Under the pieces are notes generated by a model that made no database searches, had not been told where the DNA came from, and saw only the letters and a program-made list of their open reading frames with translations. Of a stretch of 33,281 nucleotides of DNA, positions 1 to 10,728 are shown one piece after another. Position 1 is the stretch's first letter, and each line of letters begins with the position of its first letter. The stretch is taken from sequence record SRR20825006_316, one strand, 5' to 3'. A program made the position numbers and the translations under genes.

Positions 1-760
1 GGTTCGGGCGGTTCACCCACTGCACCGGCAGCCGGAACGGCGCATCGGCGCGGACGTCATCCACCTTCACGGTCTCAAGGTGGTGCATCAGCGTCGGGCC
101 TTTGTACCAAGCCGTCTTCTCGGATTTGGTGAGGATATTGTCCCCCCGAAGCGCCGAAAGCGGGATGGGGGTGATATCAGTAAAGCCGAAGTCTTTCGCG
201 AACTCGCGGTACTCGGCCTCGATATCATTGAGAACCTGTTCGCTATAGTCCACTAGGTCCATCTTGTTTACGGCCAGCACGATATGCTTGATACCAAGAA
301 GCGACGCGATGAAGCTGTGGCGGCGGGTTTGGGTGAGCACACCCTTGCGCGCGTCAATCAGCAATATCGCGAGATCAGCCGTTGAGGCCCCCGTCGCCAT
401 GTTGCGGGTATATTGCTCGTGGCCCGGTGTATCGGCCACGATGAACTTGCGTTTGTCGGTAGAGAAAAAGCGGTAAGCCACATCGATGGTGATGCCTTGC
501 TCGCGCTCGGCAGCTAAACCGTCCACCAGAAGCGCGAAGTCAATCTCCTGCCCCTGTGTGCCCATCTTTTTACTATCGCTCTCAAGCGCGGATAACTGGT
601 CTTCAAAGATCAGCTTGCTATCATACAGAAGCCGCCCGATGAGCGTGGATTTACCGTCATCAACGCTGCCGCAGGTAATGAACCGCAGCATGGATTTTTC
701 TTCCTGCGCCTTGAGATACGCGGTGATGTCTTCAGCAATGAGGTCTGACTGGTGCGACAT
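1..760 (-). CDS. cysN: Sulfate adenylyltransferase subunit 1 (CysN; possibly bifunctional CysNC/NodQ-type), runs off the window edge
   Basis: Manual minus-strand translation from the ATG at 760: [45 protein letters not shown]...[18 protein letters not shown]...[18 protein letters not shown]...NKMD (EF-Tu-like GTPase motifs of CysN). Start overlaps the cysD stop (TAATG). Not in the ORF track because it has no stop in the window. Confidence 0.96.
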   Translation of the reverse strand, partial: MSHQSDLIAEDITAYLKAQEEKSMLRFITCGSVDDGKSTLIGRLLYDSKLIFEDQLSALESDSKKMGTQGQEIDFALLVDGLAAEREQGITIDVAYRFFSTDKRKFIVADTPGHEQYTRNMATGASTADLAILLIDARKGVLTQTRRHSFIASLLGIKHIVLAVNKMDLVDYSEQVLNDIEAEYREFAKDFGFTDITPIPLSALRGDNILTKSEKTAWYKGPTLMHHLETVKVDDVRADAPFRLPVQWVNRPN

Positions 761-1665
761 TAGAAGTACCCCTCTTGCTTTTTCTTTTCCATGGAAGCGG
801 CGCTGTCATGGTCGATCACCCGGCCCTGACGCTCGCTTGATTTGGTAAGCAGCATTTCCTGAATGACATCCTCAAGCGTATCGGCGCTTGATTCCACCGC
901 ACCCGTCAGCGGGTAACAACCAAGGGTACGGAAACGCACCATCTTCATCTCAGGCTCTTCGCCTGGGTTGAGCGGCAGGCGCTCGTCATCCACCATGATC
1001 AGTTGGCCGTCACGCTTCACCACCGGGCGTTCTTTGGCCAGGTAAAGCGGCACAATGGGGATGCTTTCAAGGTGGATATATTGCCAGATGTCCAGCTCCG
1101 TCCAGTTGGAGAGCGGGAACACGCGGATGCTTTCGCCCTTGGCTTTGCGGGTGTTGTAAAGGCTCCAGAGCTCGGGGCGCTGGTTCTTCGGGTCCCACCT
1201 GTGCTGGGCAGACCGGAAGGAGAAAATACGTTCTTTCGCGCGGGATTTTTCCTCATCCCGCCGCGCGCCACCAAAGGCTGCGTCAAAACCGTACCGGTCC
1301 AGCGCCTGCTTGAGGCCCTGTGTTTTCATTACGTCCGTATGGTAGGCAGAGCCGTGAGTGAACGGGCCAACACCCTCGCGCACACCGTCTTCATTGATGT
1401 GCACAATCAGCTCCAGGCCTAGGTCTTTGGTGAGCCGGTCACGAAATTCGATCATCTCCCGGAATTTCCACGTGGTGTCCACATGCATCACGGGAAAGGG
1501 CGGCAAGCTTGGGTAAAACGCTTTCATCGCCAAGTGCAGCATTACCGCACTATCCTTGCCGATGGAATAGAGCATGACGGGGTTATCAGCCTCTGCCGCA
1601 ACCTCGCGCATGATCTGAATGCTCTCCGCTTCCAGACGTTTCAGATGAGTAAGCGTTTTTGTCAT
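760..1665 (-). CDS. cysD: Sulfate adenylyltransferase subunit 2
   Basis: Motifs [39 protein letters not shown] and C-terminal [11 protein letters not shown]. Start placed at MTKTLTHL (ATG 1665) rather than 1707. Confidence 0.97.
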   Translation of the reverse strand: MTKTLTHLKRLEAESIQIMREVAAEADNPVMLYSIGKDSAVMLHLAMKAFYPSLPPFPVMHVDTTWKFREMIEFRDRLTKDLGLELIVHINEDGVREGVGPFTHGSAYHTDVMKTQGLKQALDRYGFDAAFGGARRDEEKSRAKERIFSFRSAQHRWDPKNQRPELWSLYNTRKAKGESIRVFPLSNWTELDIWQYIHLESIPIVPLYLAKERPVVKRDGQLIMVDDERLPLNPGEEPEMKMVRFRTLGCYPLTGAVESSADTLEDVIQEMLLTKSSERQGRVIDHDSAASMEKKKQEGYF

Positions 1666-1780
1666 GAAATCCGCACCAAACTTATAATTTTCACCGCTGT
1701 AGTCCACAGGGTTTTAAAGATGGGGTGGGTTTAGCGCAAGCGGAAGAAGAAAGGGAAATTATTTTTTCTATTTAAGGGGA

Positions 1781-1821
1781 AAAGCGCGCCTTAGTTAGAA
1801 ATATTTTCCACACTAAGGCGC
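1781..1821 (-). terminator. Probable intrinsic terminator downstream of the LicD gene
   Basis: Inverted repeat GCGCCTTAGT (1786-1795) / ACTAAGGCGC (1812-1821), followed by a short T run on the minus strand. Confidence 0.5.
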
Positions 1822-1871
1822 TATATTTTGGAAATTTCAGCCCTGATCACCCCCCAAAGGATAATCAGAGC

Positions 1872-3914
1872 CTAAATTTCAAAGCTTGGCTCTGGCGTGC
1901 GCCACCCGGCACCATACCGCGCTTCTGAGACAGCCTCCGGGTCAAATGGTGCTTTAAACCGCTCACCTTTGAACTCAATCTCGCTTAGCGGCAGGAAAAT
2001 ATCCGCCCGCTCTGGTACCACTACAAGGCGGGTATGCGGCCAGTAAATGGTGTCATCCTTAAGCCCAAGCACGAAGATATCAATGGTAATGTCCCCCCGC
2101 TTGCAGTGAATAAGCGGTGAGCGACGCGTTGGCGCGGAGCATGGCACCCCATTCTCATTCAGAAACACCACGATACGGTCGCGCTCATCCACCAGGTCCT
2201 CCGGGTCTTCGCAGTCAATAACGATGGCCGTATCGAGGTCATCATCATGCGGGATAAAGTCTTTTTCCCGGATCGCACCCAGAAGCGTGCCATATAGCAG
2301 AAACGGCTCAAATCCAGCCCTTTCCATCGCGTCCCGGTAATCCACAAGCAGCTTCATGATCTTGGCTTCGTTCCGCTCGCGCAGCGGCACGTTCATACCG
2401 TGTTTGGTAAACAGCATGCGGCGGGAATGGTTGATCTGTTCCGCCACGTCTTCTGACCCTTTAAGAAGGGCTGAAAGCGCAGGGCGGCTGTATTTACCAA
2501 CCATCTTGGCGGTCGACCGTGCCGCAAACTTACACCGGTAAACCGTGTACAGCTTGCCAATCATACGACCGTAGCCTCTCGTCAAGTGGCCCCCAACAAG
2601 CATATCAATCATCTGCCGCGCGCCCATCACATGGCGGAACGTCGCGCCGTGGTCATAAACCGTGGTCCAGTTTTGCTTATCAGTGCTGAGCGCCACCTGC
2701 AAAAACATGGTGCCGCCGCCCAAAAGCTTGCTGCGATTCCAGAATTGCACACGGGAAACTGTGGTCTCTTCTTCAAGTTCGATCGTCTTGGTGGAAACTG
2801 GCCCCTGCAAATTGAGGCCATATGACTCGGTATCAACAAATGCCGCGCGATCATGATGAAACTTCATGACCTTGCCGCCAAATGCTTGCGCCAGCGTTTC
2901 GCCGTCATCGCCGGTGTAAACCCTGAGGCCACCAAGGCCTTTGCAATTCACCCCGACAGTACGCACACGAATATAGCGAGCGTGGGCGGGTGCGATACGC
3001 ACATCCTGCGAAGTCTCTGGTGTGCCGCCAAAATCTCGTACGCTGGAGATCGCGATATCAAACGCATCAAGGAGCTTGCGGGCGATCTCTATCCGTTCGT
3101 CTTTAATCCGCTCAATCAAACGCTTGTCCCGGCCTGGCATCAGGCGCTTGGCAAGCCTCCACTTGAACGCGCGCCACTTGCCTTTCGGCGGATTTGCGCG
3201 GCGGAAATGCTTCACCTTGCCCACATCCTGAAGCAGACAGCTCAGCCGCCCGAGCGCAGAGGACACCAGTTCTTCATACTCGCCTTGTCGCTCAGGAGCA
3301 CAAAGCACGTGAAGCGCCTCAACATCATCCAGCGCCCGCTGCAACCTACCGTCAATGAACGCCCGCAGATGTGAATGAGGGTGATAGAGGTCATGTTGCT
3401 CACCGTTCGCATCTTCAGCAAAAATACGTAGCGAGTTTGTACGTGTGATGTTTCGGTCCATGCGATGGTAGAAATAGAGATGGCTAACCTTCACCCTGCT
3501 TGGGAACTCTGCCCGCCACCAGGGTTGGGCCTCCCGCTTACTGTGAATATTGGGGCCAAACACCCCGCTATTAACAGCAGCGTAGGGGTCCGCGCGCTTT
3601 TCATGGCAAGTGCTTTGTGTACAAACCGCATGCTGGGAAACATCCTGCAAACGGGGTTCTCCCTCCACCTTCCCAATAAAGCGGGCAGCGGCGAAATTCA
3701 GGATCTCGGGGTTCTCGCGACACAACTGAAACGTGAATGCCTGGAAGTCACCTTCCACTGGCAGGGAAATCGGCGTAAGTGCCGAACCAAGCGAGACAAT
3801 TTCGCCCGGAAATACCTCTTTCAGCTTCGGGCGCTCACGGCGCATAGAGAAACGAGTGCACACCTCGCGTGTATGGCTGAGGGTGTCAGAATAGTGTTTA
3901 CCCGGCTTATTCAT
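1872..3914 (-). CDS. LicD-family phosphotransferase with N-terminal F-type lectin / F5-8 type C (discoidin) domains
   Basis: C-terminal LYGTLLGAIREKDFIPHDDDLD...IDIF...YG(A)GW(R)TP LicD signature. N-terminal HSKREAQPWW...HRMDRNITR. Start uncertain (3971, 3914 or 3845). Confidence 0.85.
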   Translation of the reverse strand: MNKPGKHYSDTLSHTREVCTRFSMRRERPKLKEVFPGEIVSLGSALTPISLPVEGDFQAFTFQLCRENPEILNFAAARFIGKVEGEPRLQDVSQHAVCTQSTCHEKRADPYAAVNSGVFGPNIHSKREAQPWWRAEFPSRVKVSHLYFYHRMDRNITRTNSLRIFAEDANGEQHDLYHPHSHLRAFIDGRLQRALDDVEALHVLCAPERQGEYEELVSSALGRLSCLLQDVGKVKHFRRANPPKGKWRAFKWRLAKRLMPGRDKRLIERIKDERIEIARKLLDAFDIAISSVRDFGGTPETSQDVRIAPAHARYIRVRTVGVNCKGLGGLRVYTGDDGETLAQAFGGKVMKFHHDRAAFVDTESYGLNLQGPVSTKTIELEEETTVSRVQFWNRSKLLGGGTMFLQVALSTDKQNWTTVYDHGATFRHVMGARQMIDMLVGGHLTRGYGRMIGKLYTVYRCKFAARSTAKMVGKYSRPALSALLKGSEDVAEQINHSRRMLFTKHGMNVPLRERNEAKIMKLLVDYRDAMERAGFEPFLLYGTLLGAIREKDFIPHDDDLDTAIVIDCEDPEDLVDERDRIVVFLNENGVPCSAPTRRSPLIHCKRGDITIDIFVLGLKDDTIYWPHTRLVVVPERADIFLPLSEIEFKGERFKAPFDPEAVSEARYGAGWRTPEPSFEI

Positions 3915-4160
3915 ACTCAAAATATACTCCGCCCCGCTTGACAGTTTGGCCTGCCTCAGCCTTACCGGCAAACCGAAATGGTTTTCCGCGATGAATGGAT
4001 GAGGGAGATGTCAGGCACTTGTCGCTTGGGTGTTCTTGGTTTTATCAAACGTCTTTTGTTACATTTTTATTTACACAAAATTGCATTTTCTTTACAAGTC
4101 CTGATAGAAATACCTTTTTAACGTACGCCACACAATAATTATTGGATAATTTGTTTAATC

Positions 4161-4577
4161 ATGAAACGCGTCATCACATTCGGCACTTACGATCTTCTGC
4201 ACGTTGGTCATATCCGCCTTCTCAAGCGCGCAGCTGCGCTCGGTGATCACTTGACGGTGGGCATTTCCAGTGACGAACTGAACATAAACAAAAAGGGCCG
4301 TGGACCCGTTTATACGACAGCGGAGCGACTGGAGATCATCAGCGCGCTTGATTGTGTTGATGAGGTATTTGTTGAGCATTCACTTGAAGCCAAGGGCGAC
4401 TATATCAAGGAACACGAAGCTGATATCCTTGTGATGGGGGACGACTGGGCTGGCAAGTTTGATATGTTCAACACCTTGTGCGACGTAGTCTACTTGCCGC
4501 GCACCGAAGGCATTTCCACAACATATCTGATCAGCAGCATTTCTGACGTCGGCAAAAAGGTCGCAAAAGCGGGTTAA
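4161..4577 (+). CDS. Glycerol-3-phosphate / alditol-phosphate cytidylyltransferase (TagD-like)
   Basis: TFGTYDLLHVGH (HxGH), MGDDWAGKFD and RTEGISTT motifs. Confidence 0.93.
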   Translation: MKRVITFGTYDLLHVGHIRLLKRAAALGDHLTVGISSDELNINKKGRGPVYTTAERLEIISALDCVDEVFVEHSLEAKGDYIKEHEADILVMGDDWAGKFDMFNTLCDVVYLPRTEGISTTYLISSISDVGKKVAKAG

Positions 4578-4581
4578 GCCT

Positions 4582-6570
4582 TCAGGCTGCCCTCGCTTGC
4601 TCTCCTGCCTTCTTCCGTGCATTTTCAAGCTTTGAGCGCACGCCCGGTTCCGGCGTAAGTGCAAGGCCTTCATCTGCGCGTCTGAGGGCTTCATCAGCCT
4701 GCCCCCGTTCCAGTGCAATCTGTGCAAGCTGAAGCTCGATCGCCGGGCTGCTTCCGTGGTTTTCCCGCAGCTTGGTCAAAATTCTCTGCGCTTTTTCCAG
4801 CTTGCCAAGCACCTGTAGAATACTGGCAAAGAGCTTTACATTGCGGGGCTTCCTGTTGCCCATTTCCCGGAAGTAGATCACAGCAGCCGAACGTGCTTCT
4901 TCATATCGCTTTTTGCCATAAAACAGGTTGGCGAGGCGGAAGTAAAAATCCGGGTCCGGTGCCATCCACACCTCTTCAGGCGCTTCAAGAAAACGCGCGA
5001 GGCATGCGGAGGCAGCATCAAGCGCGTCGGCTGCCAACAAAGCCCTGATCACCAGCTCAAAAGGCGCGGCCGCCCCGCCTGCTTTTTCAAAAACATTCAT
5101 TGCTGCCCGCACCCGCGCTTGCGGGTCCACATGGGTTTCAACAGCTGGCTCTACCGGCTTATGCAAAAAAGCCAACAGCTTAGGTCGTTGATGCTTCGTG
5201 GTGCCCTCGACAGCAGGAACAGCATGTGGTTTGGCAAACGCCACAATATCCTGCACCCAATCAGGTGCGCTTGCTTCCTGCCCTAGCGCTACCTTCCCTA
5301 TATTGCTCACGGGCGTGAGACCAACGTCCGAACACAGTTGATAATATTCTTTAAGTCGCGCGGCATAGGTGTCCTTGAACTCTTCAAGGCGAGCAGCTGA
5401 AAGCCGGGTATGCACCAGCTCTTCAAGGTTGTCGCCCGTCACCTCATTGAGCGCGCAATTGGGGATACCGTAATGCTCGGTCAACTCTCGCACACGCAAA
5501 TCATCGTAGACAAAAAGCGAGGGCCTTGAGGCCTGCAGCGCCACAACACCACCATGAAAACGATCTCCAAAATAGAAATCATGCTCCGCTGCAAACTGGC
5601 GCCACGCCCGTGCATCGCGGAAATGCCAGCTGCCTTCAAACGCAGGGGCCACTGCTCCGTGGGCAGCCAGATAGTCGTTCAGGGTTATCTGGTCGCACTG
5701 CCCTGTTGCGTCGTCATACAGACCGTCAATATCCTTCAGTTCATGATAGCTGTAGATATCGTTCTGGAACACATAGCTGGTGCGGTACTGTGCCGCGAGG
5801 TTACGTAGAAACTGAACGCGCGCATCCTGAAACCCGAACAGGTGACGAAGGCCCATATAACCGGCAGATAGCACACGAGCGTCAACCCCCAGGTTCGCCG
5901 CCTTAATGTTAAGAATATTCTGGGGATAGACATAAAGGCTCGGGCACCCAAGTGCGACCGCGTTTTCGCAGCCGATACGGTGCAGAAAAGCTTCCGTTTC
6001 AGCGCCGCGCACCCCAACAAGACGCGCTTTTTTATTGAGAAGTTTGAGAAACTCAACCATCGCCGGGACAAGCCTGCTCTCGTCCTCAATGGGTTCCTGC
6101 ATACCCATGCCAAAAACATAAAGCGGTATAGGCATCTGATCGACAATCTCACACAGCCGCTCCATATGCTCCTGCTGCGCTTCTTCCCGCCCCGGTGGTG
6201 GCGGGGCAATCATATTGGCGAAGGAGAAAACAACAGCATCAAAGTTATCCCGCAACAACTGCTGATACTTCTCTGCGCTGCCTTTGCATTCCTTATAAAA
6301 AACGTGTTCAATGCCCGACATACAGCTTTTGCCACGCTTCACCTCAAAGCTTTTCGCCACCGCTTCGTTGTGCACAATATTGCCAACGTTCAGGGTGGTT
6401 GCCTTCACATCATTGTGCAGCCGCTCAATTGAGGTAAAGGCCCTGAGCGGCAGGGACGCCTTATATTTCAAGGCCGCGCCGTTGGGGGCAACGCCAAAAT
6501 TACCAGGGTGAAATAGCACACGCTGTGTCATCACATTATCTACAACTGGCCGAGCTGAACCGACACCCAC
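4582..6570 (-). CDS. Polysaccharide pyruvyl transferase family protein with C-terminal TPR region
   Basis: NVGNI, FGMG, VGVRGAET, LGCPS and GDRFHGGVVAL motifs. Helical TPR-like C-terminus. Alternative ATG start at 6531. Confidence 0.8.
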   Translation of the reverse strand: MGVGSARPVVDNVMTQRVLFHPGNFGVAPNGAALKYKASLPLRAFTSIERLHNDVKATTLNVGNIVHNEAVAKSFEVKRGKSCMSGIEHVFYKECKGSAEKYQQLLRDNFDAVVFSFANMIAPPPPGREEAQQEHMERLCEIVDQMPIPLYVFGMGMQEPIEDESRLVPAMVEFLKLLNKKARLVGVRGAETEAFLHRIGCENAVALGCPSLYVYPQNILNIKAANLGVDARVLSAGYMGLRHLFGFQDARVQFLRNLAAQYRTSYVFQNDIYSYHELKDIDGLYDDATGQCDQITLNDYLAAHGAVAPAFEGSWHFRDARAWRQFAAEHDFYFGDRFHGGVVALQASRPSLFVYDDLRVRELTEHYGIPNCALNEVTGDNLEELVHTRLSAARLEEFKDTYAARLKEYYQLCSDVGLTPVSNIGKVALGQEASAPDWVQDIVAFAKPHAVPAVEGTTKHQRPKLLAFLHKPVEPAVETHVDPQARVRAAMNVFEKAGGAAAPFELVIRALLAADALDAASACLARFLEAPEEVWMAPDPDFYFRLANLFYGKKRYEEARSAAVIYFREMGNRKPRNVKLFASILQVLGKLEKAQRILTKLRENHGSSPAIELQLAQIALERGQADEALRRADEGLALTPEPGVRSKLENARKKAGEQARAA

Positions 6571-6677
6571 ATCCGGCCAGCGTTGATGCCAAGCGTCACG
6601 TCCGGCGCCTGTCTCTCAGGCTTCGGTACAGGCTCAGGCTATTAGATCTGTATGACAGTAGCGTTGCAGATGCTGAC

Positions 6678-7838
6678 TTAAGCTGCGTAGGCTTTGAGGA
6701 ATGCTTTGGCGCCGTCGTTCTCACCATCAAGTGACAAGGCCTGCTGTGCTGCTTCCCGGGCTTGCGGCATCAGGTCCAGCCGCTTGAGTGTGTGGGCAAG
6801 CCCCACATACGCATCAACATAGTTGGGGTTGAGCTGAATGGCCTTCTCAAGGCAGGCCCGCGCCAGCCTCGGATGGTTATGAGAGGCATATACCGCCGCT
6901 TTTTCACGCTCGGACCGTGCGACGCAAAGGCGCTGCTTCACCCGGTCCGGCATCGGCGTTGCCCGCATGATTGGCGCATATTTGGCGTCGGTCTTCTTCT
7001 CAAAGGCGAGATAAAGCTGCGCGGCCTCGATCAGGTCATTGTGCTGGAAAAAGCCAGCAAGCTTCTTATAGGCCGCTTCCGTATGCCGGGCTTGGTCGTA
7101 GTCACCACGAAGGCGTGCCATGCTTTCCTTGAAAAGCGTATCATCATAGGTCAGCTCACCCTCGCCGCTGTCTGGCCCCTTGCCGTCCAGCACCATCTGG
7201 TGAAGCCGCTTGTCTATCGGGCTGCGGTCATACACTTCTTCCGCCGTCAGGCCTTCAAGGTCTGCGCTGTTTTTGGAAACGCGGTAACGCCCTTCCACAG
7301 GCGGTATGCCCATCAGTTTGGTGATCGGGGCAGAGTGTTCCGTCAGCTTCTCAGTTGCGCACAAGAAGCGGAATTGACGCAGGATATAAGCCAACTTGTC
7401 TTCCGAGAAGTCCGCCCCCGTTTCGGGGTGCAAACGACGGAAAAACTTGAACAATTCCCGTGACACGCTGTTGGGTCGCCAGGTTTCAAAATAATCACGC
7501 GCGGAAATCGTGCGGCCTTCACCGCGAATAACACTCAAGTGATATTTATACTGGGATACAAAGTGCGTGAACGGGTCGCGCAGCACAGTGAAAAGCCCGG
7601 CGTTATTGTCCGGTAGGCAGGCAAGAACCCTGTGGTTAACATGGTGGCCAAATACAAAGCGGTATTGGCTGCGCGCCTCTGGGCTAAGTTCTTCCCACAG
7701 TGGCTGGCCTTCAAAGAACAGTTTCTGCGCCGGGTGGTTGCCATAACCAAAATAAACATCTTCCCCCAAATGATTGAAGATATGGTGCATGACCGTGGTG
7801 CCACCGGTTTTTGCAACATGATATCCAACAATCAACAT
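6678..7838 (-). CDS. Sulfotransferase family protein with C-terminal TPR repeats
   Basis: 5'-PSB motif HVAKTGGTT, FVFGH and 3'-PB motif TVLRDPFTHFVSQY. TPRs LEKAIQLNPNYVDAYVGLA...QALSLDG. Confidence 0.85.
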   Translation of the reverse strand: MLIVGYHVAKTGGTTVMHHIFNHLGEDVYFGYGNHPAQKLFFEGQPLWEELSPEARSQYRFVFGHHVNHRVLACLPDNNAGLFTVLRDPFTHFVSQYKYHLSVIRGEGRTISARDYFETWRPNSVSRELFKFFRRLHPETGADFSEDKLAYILRQFRFLCATEKLTEHSAPITKLMGIPPVEGRYRVSKNSADLEGLTAEEVYDRSPIDKRLHQMVLDGKGPDSGEGELTYDDTLFKESMARLRGDYDQARHTEAAYKKLAGFFQHNDLIEAAQLYLAFEKKTDAKYAPIMRATPMPDRVKQRLCVARSEREKAAVYASHNHPRLARACLEKAIQLNPNYVDAYVGLAHTLKRLDLMPQAREAAQQALSLDGENDGAKAFLKAYAA

Positions 7839-7894
7839 AAGGTCTCTTTCCTCACCTGGGAACTCACTGCCTGTTTGCGCTCACATGTTTATGT

Positions 7895-9982
7895 TCAGCG
7901 AAACAATGCCTCGGCCAAATAACGGGTTTTACGAATAAAGCCAAGCGCGCCTGAGGCTTTTTTGCCGCCACTTTCAGCGGCCTCTTTTGCGATGGCAGCA
8001 ACGATACCTTCAGCGCTTGTGCTTTGCCCACTGGGCCAGGCAACATACCGGCCGTAAACACATAAAAGCGCATACACCAGCCCATCAAGCGGCACGTCAC
8101 GCCCGCGCCGGGGCTCATCCGCAATCATGTCTGTTGTCAGCCCCCAGCCCGCATAAAACGGCATGCCGTAGGTGGTGACATCCACGCCTCGCAAAAGCGC
8201 TTCAAACCCCGTGAGGCTGGTCATGGTGTGCACACTGTCAACCGCCTCAAGGCAGTCGATGATATCAGCGTCCCTGATCGTTTCGTTAAAACAACGATCC
8301 CAGACATCCTTGGGCACAGCGCCTTCCCGGTTACCGCTCACCACATCCGGGTGCGGTTTATAGACGATATAAGCCTCTGGCTCACTGGCCCGCACAGCTT
8401 CAAGAAGCGCCGCGTTCGTACGTATAATCGGGGAGCCAAAGTTGATGGAGGCATCAGCTTCAACCTGACCGGGCACCAGGATGACCTTGCGGCCTTCGGC
8501 CCGAGCCCTGAAGTCAACAGCGCCCCGCTCACCCACATTATATTTGCTGACACGCGACGCGAGAATGCTTTCCCTCAGCCCAGCGCCGCGCGCCAGATCG
8601 GAACGGTCAAACTCATGCGTTTTCAGGAAATGCTCAAGATCACTAGGCGCTGAGCCATCATAATAGATGCCGCGCTGATCGAGCACGAGGGAGCTTGGCC
8701 GCCTGAGGTCTGACCCCAGCCCGACAGAGCGCAGGAAACCATCTTCCATGCGCCAGACCGGTATGTCTTCAGGCACAGCTTCCAGTATGTCATCAAACTT
8801 GCGGCCCCATACCATGACGCTATCGCCAGCCTGAAACTCAAATGTCTTAACCGCCGCGGGTTTAATGAAGGTGACCTCGCCAGCAGCCTCACCAAAAAAG
8901 CGGTGCACAAACTTGCGCTTCCAGAAGGAAAAGCCAACCGCAACGGCGCGTTTGCCGCGCGGGCGGGCAAGTTGGCGCTCAGCCACCAGGAGGTCAAGGA
9001 TGCGTTCCATCTCCACCCGCTCACCGGTGAACGGGTCAAGGTAGCGACTGTAGACGATGAAGGCCGCCGCAAACAGTTCTTCAAGTGTGCGGTTGGCGAT
9101 GCGTGCCTCACAAAGCTGCCGGTCGTGCGTGAGGCCCCAGCCAGCATAAAACGGCAAACCAAAACAGCTCACCTTTTTGCCTGCGATCAGCCCTTCAAGC
9201 CCCATCTGGGAGGTCACCACATATACATGATCGACCCGCTCAATCAGCCCCACTGGCGCCACATCTTCCGCCACAAAAATCACACGGTCGTAGGTGCGCT
9301 CAATATCAAAATGGCCCTTCTTGGTGCCCGCCAGCACGTCGGGGTGGATCTTCACAATCACAAGCGCTGTGGGGTTTTCCTCAAGGGCGGTGTTCATCAT
9401 GTCAATGAACATGTCATCCGACGCCATGCCATGCATGATGGACTTGTCGCCATAGGTCTGGTCAACCACCAGCACCTTCGGCCCCTTGAAGGCAGCCAGC
9501 TTTTCTTCAAGCTCAGCTGATATATCAAATGGTGCCTGGTTATATTTGGAAACGCGCCAGCGCTTCATGCGCGCCATGGCGTCCCGCGCGCGCTTGAGCA
9601 ACTCATCTGTGATCCAGTCGTCCCGGTTCAGCAGCGCTTCCAGATCGCTGGGCGTGTGCGCGTCATAATAGATGCCGCTTTTATCAACAACGAGCGACAG
9701 CCGCCTTTTGTCTACTGACGGATGGCTCAGATATCCAAGGAAACCATCTTCAAGCCGCCAGTATTCAAGCCCGTTTTTCTTCGCGTATGCCCTTGCCTTT
9801 TCAGTATTTTCCTTCTGGCCCCAACCGACAACAACGTCGCCCTCGCGTGCACCAGACAGGCCTTTTTTAACCGGCACCCCAAGTAGGTTTGGCATCATCG
9901 GGTCTGCGGCGATACCGGGGGATGAGGTCAGCGCGCGGCCACCCGTATCAGTGCTCTTTTCCTGGCTAACATCTTCGTTCAT
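7895..9982 (-). CDS. kpsC: Capsular polysaccharide beta-Kdo transferase KpsC (two tandem GT107 modules)
   Basis: Duplicated RxEDGFL, GIYYD, SKYN, KxHPD and G(L/M)PFYAGWGLT motifs. Confidence 0.93.
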   Translation of the reverse strand: MNEDVSQEKSTDTGGRALTSSPGIAADPMMPNLLGVPVKKGLSGAREGDVVVGWGQKENTEKARAYAKKNGLEYWRLEDGFLGYLSHPSVDKRRLSLVVDKSGIYYDAHTPSDLEALLNRDDWITDELLKRARDAMARMKRWRVSKYNQAPFDISAELEEKLAAFKGPKVLVVDQTYGDKSIMHGMASDDMFIDMMNTALEENPTALVIVKIHPDVLAGTKKGHFDIERTYDRVIFVAEDVAPVGLIERVDHVYVVTSQMGLEGLIAGKKVSCFGLPFYAGWGLTHDRQLCEARIANRTLEELFAAAFIVYSRYLDPFTGERVEMERILDLLVAERQLARPRGKRAVAVGFSFWKRKFVHRFFGEAAGEVTFIKPAAVKTFEFQAGDSVMVWGRKFDDILEAVPEDIPVWRMEDGFLRSVGLGSDLRRPSSLVLDQRGIYYDGSAPSDLEHFLKTHEFDRSDLARGAGLRESILASRVSKYNVGERGAVDFRARAEGRKVILVPGQVEADASINFGSPIIRTNAALLEAVRASEPEAYIVYKPHPDVVSGNREGAVPKDVWDRCFNETIRDADIIDCLEAVDSVHTMTSLTGFEALLRGVDVTTYGMPFYAGWGLTTDMIADEPRRGRDVPLDGLVYALLCVYGRYVAWPSGQSTSAEGIVAAIAKEAAESGGKKASGALGFIRKTRYLAEALFR

Positions 9983-10728
9983 GCGCCCGCTCCAAGCAAA
10001 GAACGCACGGCCACAAGGTCCGCCTCGGTATCAACACCGTGAGGCGGCGCTTCAGATGTTTCCGCAACCCGGATGGTCAGCCCATGATGCAGCGCCCGCA
10101 GTTGCTCAAGTGCTTCTATTTCTTCCACCTCAGCGGGGTTGAGAGCTGTCAGCCGCTTGAGCGTATCCACTTTATAGGCATAAATGCCGATATGGCGCTG
10201 GTAGGCGTATTTATTCACGTCCGGTACATCCGCGCCCCGCATATACGGGATAACACTGCGCGAAAAATAGCGCGCATAACCAAACACGTCAGATACCACT
10301 TTCACAATATTGGGGTTCAGTACATCATCAGTGCTGGTGATACGGGTGCTTGCGGTCGCCATATCGGCGCGCCCGTCAGCCGCCAGCCCTTCGCCCACAA
10401 GCGCAATCAGCGCGGATGGGATAAGGGGCTCATCACCCTGCACATTCACCACAATCTCGTCATCCGCCCAGCCAAAGGTATCCGCCACTTCCGCGATGCG
10501 GTCCGTGCCCGAAGCGTGGTCCGCGCGTGTCATCACACCCTGCCCGCCAAAGGCTTTTACTGCTTTCAGGATACGGTCATCATCCGCTGCAATATATACA
10601 TCTGCCATTGGCGCGGCCTCGCAGGCCCTGTCCCACACATGGGCAATCATCGGTTTGCCTGCAATGTCGGCCAGCGGCTTGCCCGGCAGCCGTGTTGAAG
10701 CATACCGTGCGGGGATGACAATTTTCAT
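9979..10728 (-). CDS. kdsB: 3-deoxy-manno-octulosonate cytidylyltransferase (CMP-Kdo synthetase, KdsB/KpsU)
   Basis: IPARYASTRLPGKPL, SGTDR, NVQGDEP, HIGIYAY, EALEQLRAL and GVDT motifs. Confidence 0.96.
   Translation of the reverse strand: MKIVIPARYASTRLPGKPLADIAGKPMIAHVWDRACEAAPMADVYIAADDDRILKAVKAFGGQGVMTRADHASGTDRIAEVADTFGWADDEIVVNVQGDEPLIPSALIALVGEGLAADGRADMATASTRITSTDDVLNPNIVKVVSDVFGYARYFSRSVIPYMRGADVPDVNKYAYQRHIGIYAYKVDTLKRLTALNPAEVEEIEALEQLRALHHGLTIRVAETSEAPPHGVDTEADLVAVRSLLGAGA

Noticed and set aside
264-848. Plus-strand ORFs of 70 and 120 aa
   Set aside because: Antisense shadows of cysN/cysD. The same applies to the many short ORFs opposite real genes throughout the window.
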